Below, one piece after another: positions 15,676 to 23,680 of a stretch of 34,429 nt of DNA (its first letter is position 1; each line of letters begins with the position of its first letter). Source of the DNA: Pyrinomonadaceae bacterium (lineage in GTDB: Bacteria; Acidobacteriota; Blastocatellia; Pyrinomonadales; Pyrinomonadaceae); contig DATHJK010000261.1 in assembly GCA_035316225.1 (NCBI GenBank), forward strand, positions 1-34,429. The letters are read 5' to 3'. Made by a program: the position numbers and the translations under genes. The notes beneath the pieces are model-generated. The model was not told the DNA's origin and did no database searches. It saw only the letters and a list, made by a program, of their open reading frames with translations.

Positions 15676-16854
15676 CTAACCGAAATGCTCGAACCCGCCT
15701 CTCTCCAAGTCCCAAACGTGCGAGCCTTCAGATATGAGAATGCGTCCGGCTTCATCTGTAATGTCTCCTATGTATGTTACAGGTACGCCGTCAATTCTTC
15801 TGGGTAGGCGGCGAAGGTTGGGCGGGCGCACGGTGAAAAGAAGCTCGAAGTCCTCGCCGCCGTGCAGCGCCAGCATCAGTGGATCAAGCGCGCGCCGCCC
15901 GCAGGCAATCGCTACGTTGCGGTTGATTGGAATTCGCGCGGCCTCAATTTTCGCGCCGACCCGGCTCTCTTCGCACAGGTGCGCAAGGTCGGACGACAGA
16001 CCGTCGCTCAGATCAATCATGGCTGTCGCCAGCCTGTCTTCTCCCAGAAAGATGCCCCAGCCTGTGCGCGGCAAAGGTTCTCTCTGTCTGCGAACTAAAT
16101 TTTCTATCATGCGCGCCTCGCGCTCGCTTCCTCGTTTCGATTTCTCCGCTCCGCGCTCAAGCAGTCGCAATCCTGCGGCAGCGCCGCCAAGCGTTCCCGT
16201 CACGAAGATATGATCGCCTGCGCTTGCGCCGGAACGAAGCACAGCGCCGCCACTCATCGTTTCTCCCATCAAGATTGAATCAATAACTATTCGCTCAGGC
16301 GTGCGCGACACGTCGCCGCCCACTAACGTAACGTCATGTTCGTCGGCTAGCGCGAAGAAGCCCTGATAAAAATCGTCAACGAACGATGAGCGCCAGACTT
16401 TTGGGGGGACTCCGAGCGAAACGAGCGCCCATACGGGTCTCGCTCCCATCGCTGCTATGTCCGAGAGCGAAACTGCAAGCGCCTTGTGCCCTAGAAGCGA
16501 TGCGGGAGTGTACGAGAGCCTGAAATCTATATCTTCAACGAGTAAATCCGCCGTGATAACGGTGTCGCGCCCGGAAGTCTGTTTGATAACAGCCGCATCA
16601 TCGCCAATGCCGGAAATGAGGGATGAGGGATGAGGGATGAGGGATGAATGAATGAAGCTTTGCTCTGAACTATGTTTAAGGGCGCGTTGTCGGATTTTTT
16701 GTATAAGGTCAAACTCGCTGCGAGATGAGTTATCAGAAGACGCAGAAGGACTGATGAAAGTTTCGCTGTTAGAAGATGAAGCGCGTTTATGTCTTTCCAC
16801 TTGTCTGCGCGACTCGGCGTCTGCGCGTCTCAACTCCTCGTCTTCATCCCTCAT
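15676..16854 (-). CDS. thiL: Thiamine-monophosphate kinase, with a repeat-derived in-frame insertion near the N-terminus
   Basis: SEFDLIQKI...GIGDDAAVI...ADLLVEDIDF...GGD match the ThiL/AIR-synthase-like pattern. The start is uncertain: the ATG at 16854 lies inside a repeat, and in-frame TTG and GTG alternatives lie 7 and 18 codons downstream. Confidence 0.8.
   Translation of the reverse strand: MRDEDEELRRADAESRRQVERHKRASSSNSETFISPSASSDNSSRSEFDLIQKIRQRALKHSSEQSFIHSSLIPHPSSLISGIGDDAAVIKQTSGRDTVITADLLVEDIDFRLSYTPASLLGHKALAVSLSDIAAMGARPVWALVSLGVPPKVWRSSFVDDFYQGFFALADEHDVTLVGGDVSRTPERIVIDSILMGETMSGGAVLRSGASAGDHIFVTGTLGGAAAGLRLLERGAEKSKRGSEREARMIENLVRRQREPLPRTGWGIFLGEDRLATAMIDLSDGLSSDLAHLCEESRVGAKIEAARIPINRNVAIACGRRALDPLMLALHGGEDFELLFTVRPPNLRRLPRRIDGVPVTYIGDITDEAGRILISEGSHVWDLERGGFEHFG
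16616..16656. repeat. (GAGGGAT)x4 tract inside the thiL coding sequence
   Basis: Plus strand ATGAGGGATGAGGGATGAGGGATGAGGGATGAATGAATGAA. On the minus strand it is read in frame as FIHSSLIPHPSSLIS. Confidence 0.9.
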
Positions 16855-16872
16855 CCCTCATCCCTCATCCCT
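16843..16872. repeat. (TCATCCC)x4 tract, inverted copy of 16616-16656
   Basis: Four exact TCATCCC units at 16844-16871. They fill the gap between the aminotransferase stop (16873-16875) and the annotated thiL ATG. Confidence 0.9.
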
Positions 16873-18063
16873 TCAAAGATTTCTTCTTAGGGAATCCAGT
16901 CCTGCTTCTATGGCTTCGATTGAGGTTGAGAAGGAGAAGCGCAGGTGGCCTTCGCCGTGTTCGCCGAAGACTATGCCGGGGACGGTTGCGACCTGAGCGC
17001 GTTCCAGAAGAATTTCTGCGGCAGCACGGCTGTCCGTGCTAACAGAGGTCACGTCCGGGAAAGCGTAAAAAGCTCCTGCGGGGCTTTCGCACTTCAAGCC
17101 CAATTCGTTTAGACCTGATAGCAGCAGGTCGCGCCTTCGTAAATATTCCGAACGTAGTTTCTCAAAAAAATCGCCCGGCGTTGAGAGCGCTGCGAGAGCC
17201 GCCCATTGTCCGGGCGTCGAAACTCCGTTCGTGGAATAGAGCGTCATCTTCTTCAGCCCCGTCATCCAGGGTTCGGGCGCGACGGCGTAGCCCATGCGCC
17301 AGCCCGTCATCGAATAGCTCTTCGATAACGTGTAGCAGGTGATGGTGCGCTCGAACATACCTTCGATCGAAGCAATGGAAACATGCTCGCCGTCGAATAT
17401 GATGTCCTCGTAAGCTTCGTCCGCTATCACGATCAGATCGCGGCTTCGGGCGAATTGAGCGACTGCTTCAGCTTCTTTGCCTGTAAAGACCACGCCCGTC
17501 GGATTCTGCGGCGTATTGTAATAGATTGCGCGAGTTCGCTCGGTCACATACCGCGAGAGCGTTTCAACGAAGCCGTCCCGGCGCGCTGTTTCAGTTGGAA
17601 CTAAAACGAGCGTTGCGCGGCAATGAGCCACAAGGTCTTTAATCGGAGTCCAGTAGGGCGAGAAGACCAGCACTTCGTCTTCCGGGTTGACCACAGATTG
17701 AAATGCAGCGAACAGGCACTGCATGCCGCCGCTCATCACAATCACGTCCTGCTCGCTCGCAGGAATACTGTTACGCTCGCGCACTTTCTCAGCGATGCTT
17801 GAGCGCAACTCCGGTATCCCGGACGACGGCGCATAGCGCGTCCTGTCTTCTGCGAGGGCGCGCATCATTGCTTCTTTGATATGCTCGGGCGTGTTCGTGA
17901 ACGGCTCGCCGCCTTCAAATTGATAGACCTGCTTGCCACGGGAGCGAATCTCCATGACACGGTTGCGAATCGTTACAATATCGGAGAAGCCTACGCGGTC
18001 GAGGCGGGCTGCCAGACGAAAAGCGGTTTCAGACGTGGACACTGTTTTAGGATGAACCTCCAA
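16873..18063 (-). CDS. Class-I PLP aminotransferase (aspartate aminotransferase-like)
   Basis: GGEPF, NPTG, and YTLSKSYSMTGWRMGY (PLP lysine) motifs. TTG start in the ORF track; the exact start is uncertain. Confidence 0.8.
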   Translation of the reverse strand: MEVHPKTVSTSETAFRLAARLDRVGFSDIVTIRNRVMEIRSRGKQVYQFEGGEPFTNTPEHIKEAMMRALAEDRTRYAPSSGIPELRSSIAEKVRERNSIPASEQDVIVMSGGMQCLFAAFQSVVNPEDEVLVFSPYWTPIKDLVAHCRATLVLVPTETARRDGFVETLSRYVTERTRAIYYNTPQNPTGVVFTGKEAEAVAQFARSRDLIVIADEAYEDIIFDGEHVSIASIEGMFERTITCYTLSKSYSMTGWRMGYAVAPEPWMTGLKKMTLYSTNGVSTPGQWAALAALSTPGDFFEKLRSEYLRRRDLLLSGLNELGLKCESPAGAFYAFPDVTSVSTDSRAAAEILLERAQVATVPGIVFGEHGEGHLRFSFSTSIEAIEAGLDSLRRNL

Positions 18064-18131
18064 AAATGCAGGAACGAAAGAGAAACGAAATTATAACTTG
18101 ATGCTTCCGATGCAGTCCAATACGCAAGACT

Positions 18132-18244
18132 GAAAGGGGTAAAAGGGAGAAGAGGGAATAGGTGAAAAGGAAAAGAGCTTGCTTTAAGCAGAACCGCTTT
18201 CACTCTCCTTATAGCCTCTTACACTTTTTACTCTCTTCCCCTTC
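18132..18244. repeat. Purine-rich/pyrimidine-rich imperfect hairpin
   Basis: The left arm (18132-18177) is almost all G/A. The right arm (18197-18244) is almost all C/T and is an imperfect complement of the left arm. Confidence 0.7.
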
Positions 18245-18249
18245 AATTT

Positions 18250-18654
18250 TTATCCTGCTTTGTGGGCTTCTGCCGCCGCAGCCGTGTCCATGTATTCGTG
18301 GAAGCCCTTGATCTTGCCGTCTTGTATGGTGAAGACGTGCGCCCAGTCGCCGCCGTACTCGCGCCCGTTAGACTTCACTCGCCATCTGTATTGGCCCAGC
18401 GCAGCAACCTTGTCGCCCTGAGCTATAAACTCGTGCGGCTCGAATTGCAGAACATCCTGATCCTCAGCCAGCAACGAGAAGAACTGCGCGACACCATCGC
18501 GCCCCTTTCTTCGACCGGAGAACGATACGTTCTCCATCTCTGCGAGTTGCCAATCGACATCATCTGACATCTGACCAAGTAAAGCTTCGATGTTCCCGGC
18601 CTTGAAATTCTGATAAGCCTGTTGTACGACCTGCACGTTATCCTGCTCGCTCAT
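18250..18654 (-). CDS. NTF2/SnoaL-like fold protein
   Basis: 134 aa. The pattern VVQQAYQNFKAGNIEALLGQMSDDVDW...FIAQGDKV...VFTIQDGKI is typical of SnoaL-like/ketosteroid-isomerase-like proteins. Confidence 0.65.
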   Translation of the reverse strand: MSEQDNVQVVQQAYQNFKAGNIEALLGQMSDDVDWQLAEMENVSFSGRRKGRDGVAQFFSLLAEDQDVLQFEPHEFIAQGDKVAALGQYRWRVKSNGREYGGDWAHVFTIQDGKIKGFHEYMDTAAAAEAHKAG

Positions 18655-18997
18655 GGTCTATTCCTTTCCGTTGGTGATTATGCGAAGCGACGCGCGTTAT
18701 ATCTCATCTACACGGAAAGGCGCAACCCTTAATAGCGAGAGCTATACAGTGAATTCGCAAGAGAAGACCTTCTAACTCTTTAACTCCTTTCTTTACATTA
18801 GCCGAAATATATATATGCAACTGGTCAGACAGGAATTTGCAGCTTTCCAACGTCCTGTGGCTCGCGTATGGCCGAAGTGGAATGTTTCGCCTCATTCCTT
18901 ATAGATAGGCAGAGAAGTTGACAGAAAAATTCCGCGATGATTTGAAATGATCTTCATTAGCGGTTTAATTTGAACCATTATTTGCAACTAAAAGTTC

Positions 18998-19026
18998 TTG
19001 ACATACCTTTGGCCGTAAACTATCGT
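18998..19026 (+). promoter_or_regulatory. Sigma70-like promoter candidate for the 520-aa gene
   Basis: TTGACA (18998-19003), a 17-nt spacer, then TATCGT (19021-19026). This implies a leader of about 245 nt. Confidence 0.45.
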
Positions 19027-19278
19027 GCGCAGGTCACAATGGCCAACTGGAACGCTGATAAGTCTTCTTAGATCAGCTTATTCTCCTACTTAAACGGCAG
19101 GAACAACGCAACTGTTAGTTTCCAGACCCGCGCGCTTTGCAGGATAGGTATCGTCCGGTTGCGTCACTTACCCGCACTGATTGAAGAATCTCACGGCCTC
19201 GAAACTGGCCGTTTGAATCCAACTTGTAATCTCAGTTCTTCGCCTGCTCGTTAATGAATCAAAAATTAGACAGGAGGA

Positions 19279-20841
19279 ATGATGTTCAACCTCAACGCAA
19301 CGCTGGACAACCTGATCTCTATGGTCGTGGTGCTCCTCGCCCTGAGTCTTGTCGTGCAGGCTGTACAGGCAGCCATCAAGAAAGCTTTCAAACTCAAGTC
19401 GCGCCAGATCGAAGAATCTCTTGCGCATCTCTTTCAATTCGTCCTGCATAATGAGACCAGCGCGCAAGTGAAGACGCCCGGCGACCAGCCCGCGAACACA
19501 TCGGTCAACGAGTTTGGCGGGTTAAGAGCAATGATCGCTCAGTCACCCTTCCTTCGTATATTCGCGCATTTCTTCATGCGGCTACTCGGTCTGATACCCT
19601 GGGCGGGCAGGTTTTTTAAGGGCGACTGGGCACGCCATCCTGCGGAACGTGACGAGTTCAAGGACGCGGCGGCTCTCTATAACGAAGTGATGAATAAATT
19701 CGGGAGCATCGGTCGAACCGCCTTATCCACTCGCCCCATCTTCGACTCCCTCTCGAAAAGCGATCTGCTTAACGTCGTCGGCAGCATAGCCCCCGGAAAA
19801 GTGGACTCGAACTTCTGGGATAAAGTTGAAAAGGCCGAGGGTCTATTCAAAGAGTTGGAAGATAAGTTTCAGGCATGGGAAGTTGCGCTCAATGGGTTCG
19901 ACCTTAAAAGCGCCGCCGGTTATCTGAGCGATGACGACAAAGCAAAGCTCGCCGATATGCAGGCGAAGTTTAAGCCTCTGATCGCTGATCTTCGTATGCT
20001 TCTCACAATTAATCTGGGCAGCCCGCCTGAAATTGAAGATGCTGCCACGACGCTGATTGATGACATCGCCAAATTGCGAGCGATCAATCTGGACGACGTG
20101 CTGAAGATTCTAGCTGACGTAAGGTCAAGGATTGCTCAAGCTTTAGAGAGAGCAAATCTGGATAATAAAGCTGATCTGGTGAGAGCTTTGACTGTTCTGG
20201 ATACAGAACTGAAGAATCTCTCTGATGCCTTCACTTCCTTGCGTCAGAAATTCACAGACGTTTTCGCCAACTGGGTTAAGTTGGAGAACTATTTCGACAC
20301 CGTAATGCAGAGCTTCGAGGAACGCTACACACGCGCCATGAAGACGGCGGTCATAGTCATCAGCTTCATTGTGGTCGTCTTCCTCAACGCCAATTTCTTC
20401 AATGTTTATCAACAAATCTCGACCAGCGACACAACCCGCGCGCTGATCTTGCAGTCGCGCGAAGATGTTGTGCGGGCGCTCACAAACGGCGGTCAGCAGC
20501 CGACAGAGCAGACCGTAGAAACCTGGTTCAATACAAGCCGGGAGGAGATTAGCAGAGATGCAAGTATCTTCACAGGCTATGGGTTTGCGCCAATCACTCT
20601 GCACGACACGGGAAAATGGTGGGGGACTTTATGGTCGAGCGGTAACTGGTGGATGTATCGCAAGCATGATGCGAGAGTTCTTCTGGGCTGGCTCATCATG
20701 GCGCTATTGCTCAGCGTCGGCGCTCCGTTCTGGCAAGACTTCCTTGAATCTTTATTCGGAATTAAGAACGTGTTGCGTAAGAGCAGCCAGACACAGAACG
20801 TTGAGGAGGCTCCGGGAGCAGGCCAGACCAAGCAGTCTTAG
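19279..20841 (+). CDS. Hypothetical membrane protein (N-terminal TM, long coiled-coil-like middle, two C-terminal TMs)
   Basis: AGGAGG lies 1-2 nt-spaced upstream (19272-19277). TM segments are ISMVVVLLALSLVVQAV, AVIVISFIVVVFLNANFF and VLLGWLIMALLLSVGAPFW. The central ~200 aa are helical, with charged heptad-like repeats. No family recognised. Confidence 0.7.
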   Translation: MMFNLNATLDNLISMVVVLLALSLVVQAVQAAIKKAFKLKSRQIEESLAHLFQFVLHNETSAQVKTPGDQPANTSVNEFGGLRAMIAQSPFLRIFAHFFMRLLGLIPWAGRFFKGDWARHPAERDEFKDAAALYNEVMNKFGSIGRTALSTRPIFDSLSKSDLLNVVGSIAPGKVDSNFWDKVEKAEGLFKELEDKFQAWEVALNGFDLKSAAGYLSDDDKAKLADMQAKFKPLIADLRMLLTINLGSPPEIEDAATTLIDDIAKLRAINLDDVLKILADVRSRIAQALERANLDNKADLVRALTVLDTELKNLSDAFTSLRQKFTDVFANWVKLENYFDTVMQSFEERYTRAMKTAVIVISFIVVVFLNANFFNVYQQISTSDTTRALILQSREDVVRALTNGGQQPTEQTVETWFNTSREEISRDASIFTGYGFAPITLHDTGKWWGTLWSSGNWWMYRKHDARVLLGWLIMALLLSVGAPFWQDFLESLFGIKNVLRKSSQTQNVEEAPGAGQTKQS

Positions 20842-20901
20842 ACAGTAATCGCCGCATCCCGGTTAATAGCCTTACTGCAACGAAGGGCAGATCAGACGGC
20901 G

Positions 20902-20951
20902 GAAGGCTAAGGACGTGAGAAGCCGAATTAATTCTCACGCCCTTAGCCTTC
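20902..20951 (+). terminator. Long hairpin 3' of the 520-aa gene (possible terminator, no T-tract)
   Basis: GAAGGCTAAGGACGTGAGAA pairs with TTCTCACGCCCTTAGCCTTC (19/20) across a 10-nt loop. Confidence 0.35.
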
Positions 20952-21065
20952 GCTCTCTAAACAGGTCAATTGCAATCTAATATCATGTGCGTCATATGGT
21001 GAATCCACATGGCGAGTCTCTTCATTCAACCCTCTTCTCAAGCTCCAACGCCTAAATATAAGTTA

Positions 21066-21094
21066 TTGACACAATTAGCTTGCGCGGGTAACAT
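21066..21094 (+). promoter_or_regulatory. Sigma70-like promoter candidate for the MerR-family gene
   Basis: TTGACA (21066-21071), a 17-nt spacer, then TAACAT (21089-21094). Confidence 0.4.
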
Positions 21095-21220
21095 GGCGAC
21101 AGTTGGGCGCGTCGTAGGTCTCACCTTGTAGGCCGGACAGACGTTATTCAGTCGTCAAGTTCTCGGGCTTCAGCGAAAAGTTTTCAGGTAAATTTCCACG
21201 GCAGGGTTTCACCGAAAGCT

Positions 21221-21742
21221 ATGAACCGTGCAGCAATAGCCATCCCCGAAAAACTGTTCTTCAAGATAGGCGAAGTGTGCGAGTTGACGGGCGTGCAGGC
21301 GCACGTGCTGCGCTACTGGGAATCGGAATTCCCCATGCTCGCGCCGCAGAAGAATCGCGCGGGGCAGCGCACCTATCGCAAGCGCGATGTGGAGATGGCG
21401 CTGCGTATTAGAGAACTGCTTTACGACGACCAGTACACGATTGCAGGGGCGAAGAAGAAGCTGGCGAGCGAAATTCGCGCGGGGAGTAAGCTGAAGGTGG
21501 TCACGCCGGAGATGAGCGCGGCTGCGCAGTCTACTTCGCATTCGTCTCCACAGCCTGCGTCGGCAGATACAGCGAGCAGCGCAGCGGAAGCGCGAGGCGG
21601 CTATTTGCCTTCAACCCTGGGGGCGACCCCGGTGACGGAGGATCAGCGCGCATCGCTTCGCCGTCTAGTCAGTGAGTTGCAGGAGCTTTTAGCCATCATC
21701 AATACAGGTGATGCGTCGCTTCAGAAATCCCTCAAAAAATAG
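21221..21742 (+). CDS. MerR-family transcriptional regulator
   Basis: N-terminal [27 protein letters not shown]...RTYRKRDV. The C-terminal tail is low-complexity. Confidence 0.8.
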   Translation: MNRAAIAIPEKLFFKIGEVCELTGVQAHVLRYWESEFPMLAPQKNRAGQRTYRKRDVEMALRIRELLYDDQYTIAGAKKKLASEIRAGSKLKVVTPEMSAAAQSTSHSSPQPASADTASSAAEARGGYLPSTLGATPVTEDQRASLRRLVSELQELLAIINTGDASLQKSLKK

Positions 21743-21829
21743 ATTCTACGAAAAGCCTTCTTGCTTTGAGCGTCTCCCTCATCAATTTGACCAAAAAATC
21801 TTTTCCGGCGATACTTAATCAATCGATGA

Positions 21830-21906
21830 CGGGGCGTGGCGCAGCCTGGTAGCGCGTTCGCTTGGGGTGCGAAAGGTCGGCGGTTCAAATCCGCCCGTCC
21901 CGACCA
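21830..21906 (+). tRNA. tRNA-Pro (anticodon GGG), CCA encoded
   Basis: Folded by hand. Acceptor CGGGGCG/CGTCCCG (one G-T), D stem GCGC/GCGC, anticodon stem TTCGC/GCGAA with loop TTGGGGT (GGG, G37). Variable loop AGGTC, T arm GGCGG-TTCAAAT-CCGCC, discriminator A, then CCA. Confidence 0.9.
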
Positions 21907-21921
21907 GTAAGTAAAGGGGTG

Positions 21922-21947
21922 CGGCCACTTTTGCAGGTGGCCGTTTT
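21922..21947 (+). terminator. Rho-independent terminator after tRNA-Pro
   Basis: CGGCCAC-ttttgcag-GTGGCCG followed by TTTT. Confidence 0.6.
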
Positions 21948-22010
21948 CCTCTGGATACATAATCAAAAGGTTTGAGTTCAAACCCAAAGCTGGTAACATA
22001 AAATTCAAAA

Positions 22011-23393
22011 ATGGCTGAACCAATAACAATTTCACAAATCGAAACGCTTCCAAGCACTACTTCAGGGGCGGGGGAGCAAGTCATTCAGGATAATCTTGAT
22101 TACACTCTATTTTCCTGGAGTAAACAAAAGGGAATAAATCCTATCGCTGTGAAATACGGCGATGGGGTTTATCTCTATGATTACGATGACAATCGTTATC
22201 TTGATTTTTCATCAGGGTTGATGAATGTAAATATCGGTCATGGCAATCAACGTGTGACTGAAGCAGTGGTAAGACAGATGCAGGAAGTGAGCTATGTGAC
22301 TCCATCCTGTGTTACCAAAGCGCGCGGTGAGTTGGGAAAGAAATTGGCGGAGATATGTCCCGGCGATCTGAATAAAGCATTCTTTACTTTATGCGGCGCT
22401 AGTTCTATTGAGAATGCAATTAAGCTGGCAAGGATTTATACAGGACGGCATAAAATACTCAGTCGTTATCAGTCATATCACGGCTCTTCCAGCGGCGCTA
22501 TGACGGCAAGCGGTGATCCACGTAAGCTTCCTGTAGATTCCCAACAAGCGCCGAATTTTGTTCATTTTGATCTGCCATATTTATATCGTTGGGAATATGG
22601 TGAAGAAAATTTATTGAAAGAGTGTGTTGCAAGTCTTGAACGGGTTATTGCTTATGAAGGCCCCGGCAATATTGCCGCTATTTTGTTGGAAGGTGAATCA
22701 GGTTCTTCAGGCTGTCTGAAATATCCTGCCGGTTATTTAAAACAGGTCAGAGAGATATGTGACAGGCATGGCATCCTGCTGATAATGGACGAGGTGATGA
22801 GCGGCTTTGGTCGTACGGGTAAATGGTTTGGTTTTGAAAATCACGACATCGTTCCTGATATGATCGCTATGGCAAAAGGTCTCACTTCCGGCTATCTACC
22901 TTTTGGCTGCTTAATGGTATCGGATAGGATTGCTTCAAAGTTTGACGATACCGTGCTTGCATTAGGACTCACCTACTCTGCCCATCCTGTTTGCTGCGCC
23001 GCTGCCTTAGAAATGCTGAAGATATACGAAGATGATAATTTAATTGCCAATGCTGCTGCGATGGGTAAGTATGTGGATGCCCAGGTGGAACTATTAAAAC
23101 AGAAACATCCAAGCATTGGCGATTGGAGAAATACAGGTTTGCTTGGCTGCCTTGAACTGGTGAAGAACAGAACGACTAAAGAACCTATAGCGCCTTTCAA
23201 TGCAAAGCCGGATGAAATGACGGTAATGAATAAAGTAGCGGCAAAGATCAAAGAGTTGGGCATGTACACGTTTGTAAGATGGAGCTATGTTTTTATTGCG
23301 CCGCCGCTTTGTATAACTGAGAAACAGATAGATGAAGGATTGAAGATCATCAGTGAGGCAATTAAGATTGCAGATGAGCATACAACTGCGTAG
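22011..23393 (+). CDS. Class-III PLP aminotransferase (omega-amino acid/pyruvate-type), visibly AT-rich
   Basis: DEVMSGFGRTGKWFG and the PLP lysine in AMAKGLTSGYLP. No SD; the upstream region is A-rich. Codon third positions are A/T-rich, unlike neighbouring genes. Confidence 0.8.
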   Translation: MAEPITISQIETLPSTTSGAGEQVIQDNLDYTLFSWSKQKGINPIAVKYGDGVYLYDYDDNRYLDFSSGLMNVNIGHGNQRVTEAVVRQMQEVSYVTPSCVTKARGELGKKLAEICPGDLNKAFFTLCGASSIENAIKLARIYTGRHKILSRYQSYHGSSSGAMTASGDPRKLPVDSQQAPNFVHFDLPYLYRWEYGEENLLKECVASLERVIAYEGPGNIAAILLEGESGSSGCLKYPAGYLKQVREICDRHGILLIMDEVMSGFGRTGKWFGFENHDIVPDMIAMAKGLTSGYLPFGCLMVSDRIASKFDDTVLALGLTYSAHPVCCAAALEMLKIYEDDNLIANAAAMGKYVDAQVELLKQKHPSIGDWRNTGLLGCLELVKNRTTKEPIAPFNAKPDEMTVMNKVAAKIKELGMYTFVRWSYVFIAPPLCITEKQIDEGLKIISEAIKIADEHTTA

Positions 23394-23462
23394 GAGTTGA
23401 TTGTTTATAGAAAGAGACCCGCCCCCGTAGAGGTCGAACATAAACTATAGAGCAGGAATACC

Positions 23463-23478
23463 AATCTGCCCGTCCGGA
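23463..23478 (+). repeat. Degenerate direct repeat of the tRNA-Pro 3' end (candidate att remnant)
   Basis: AATCTGCCCGTCCGGA versus tRNA positions 21888-21903 AATCCGCCCGTCCCGA (14/16). It is located where the AT-rich segment ends. Confidence 0.45.
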
Positions 23479-23486
23479 TTATTCAG

Positions 23487-23524
23487 AAGGCTCTCAGCCC
23501 GAACGGTTGAGAGCCTTTTCATTT
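23487..23524 (+). terminator. Rho-independent terminator
   Basis: AAGGCTCTCA-gcccgaacggt-TGAGAGCCTT followed by TTCATTT. Confidence 0.65.
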
Positions 23525-23607
23525 CTCATTCACATGTATTTCCGATTCAGCTATCAGAAGTCTGTCTTCTGTTTTGGTAAATATTTCAATAATCTTCTCT
23601 AACATTT

Positions 23608-23634
23608 GGAACTTTTCCGTTGTCGGGTGCGAAT
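23608..23634 (+). promoter_or_regulatory. Possible ECF-type autoregulated promoter
   Basis: GGAAC (23608-23612), 17 nt, then CGAAT (23630-23634). This resembles the GGAAC-N16/17-CGT pattern of many ECF promoters. The -10 match is weak. Confidence 0.3.
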
Positions 23635-23680
23635 CAGTATTGACTGCCAAGCCGAAACGAATGACCTTGTTGAAGCCAAG

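Noticed and set aside
18556-18575. GACATCATCTGACATCTGAC inside the NTF2-like CDS resembles the ACATCTG heptamer tract at 7950-7974 (about 20/23).
   Set aside because: It encodes QMSDDVDW, and the DDV.W part is a common native motif of SnoaL-like proteins. With only about 2.5 units and no inverted partner, coincidence or codon-driven similarity is more likely than a repeat insertion. It is still worth a glance in a genome-wide census.
19039-19071. 10-codon upstream ORF (MANWNADKSS) as a leader peptide.
   Set aside because: It has no SD and no regulatory-codon run. It cannot be distinguished from chance, so it is mentioned only within the leader finding.
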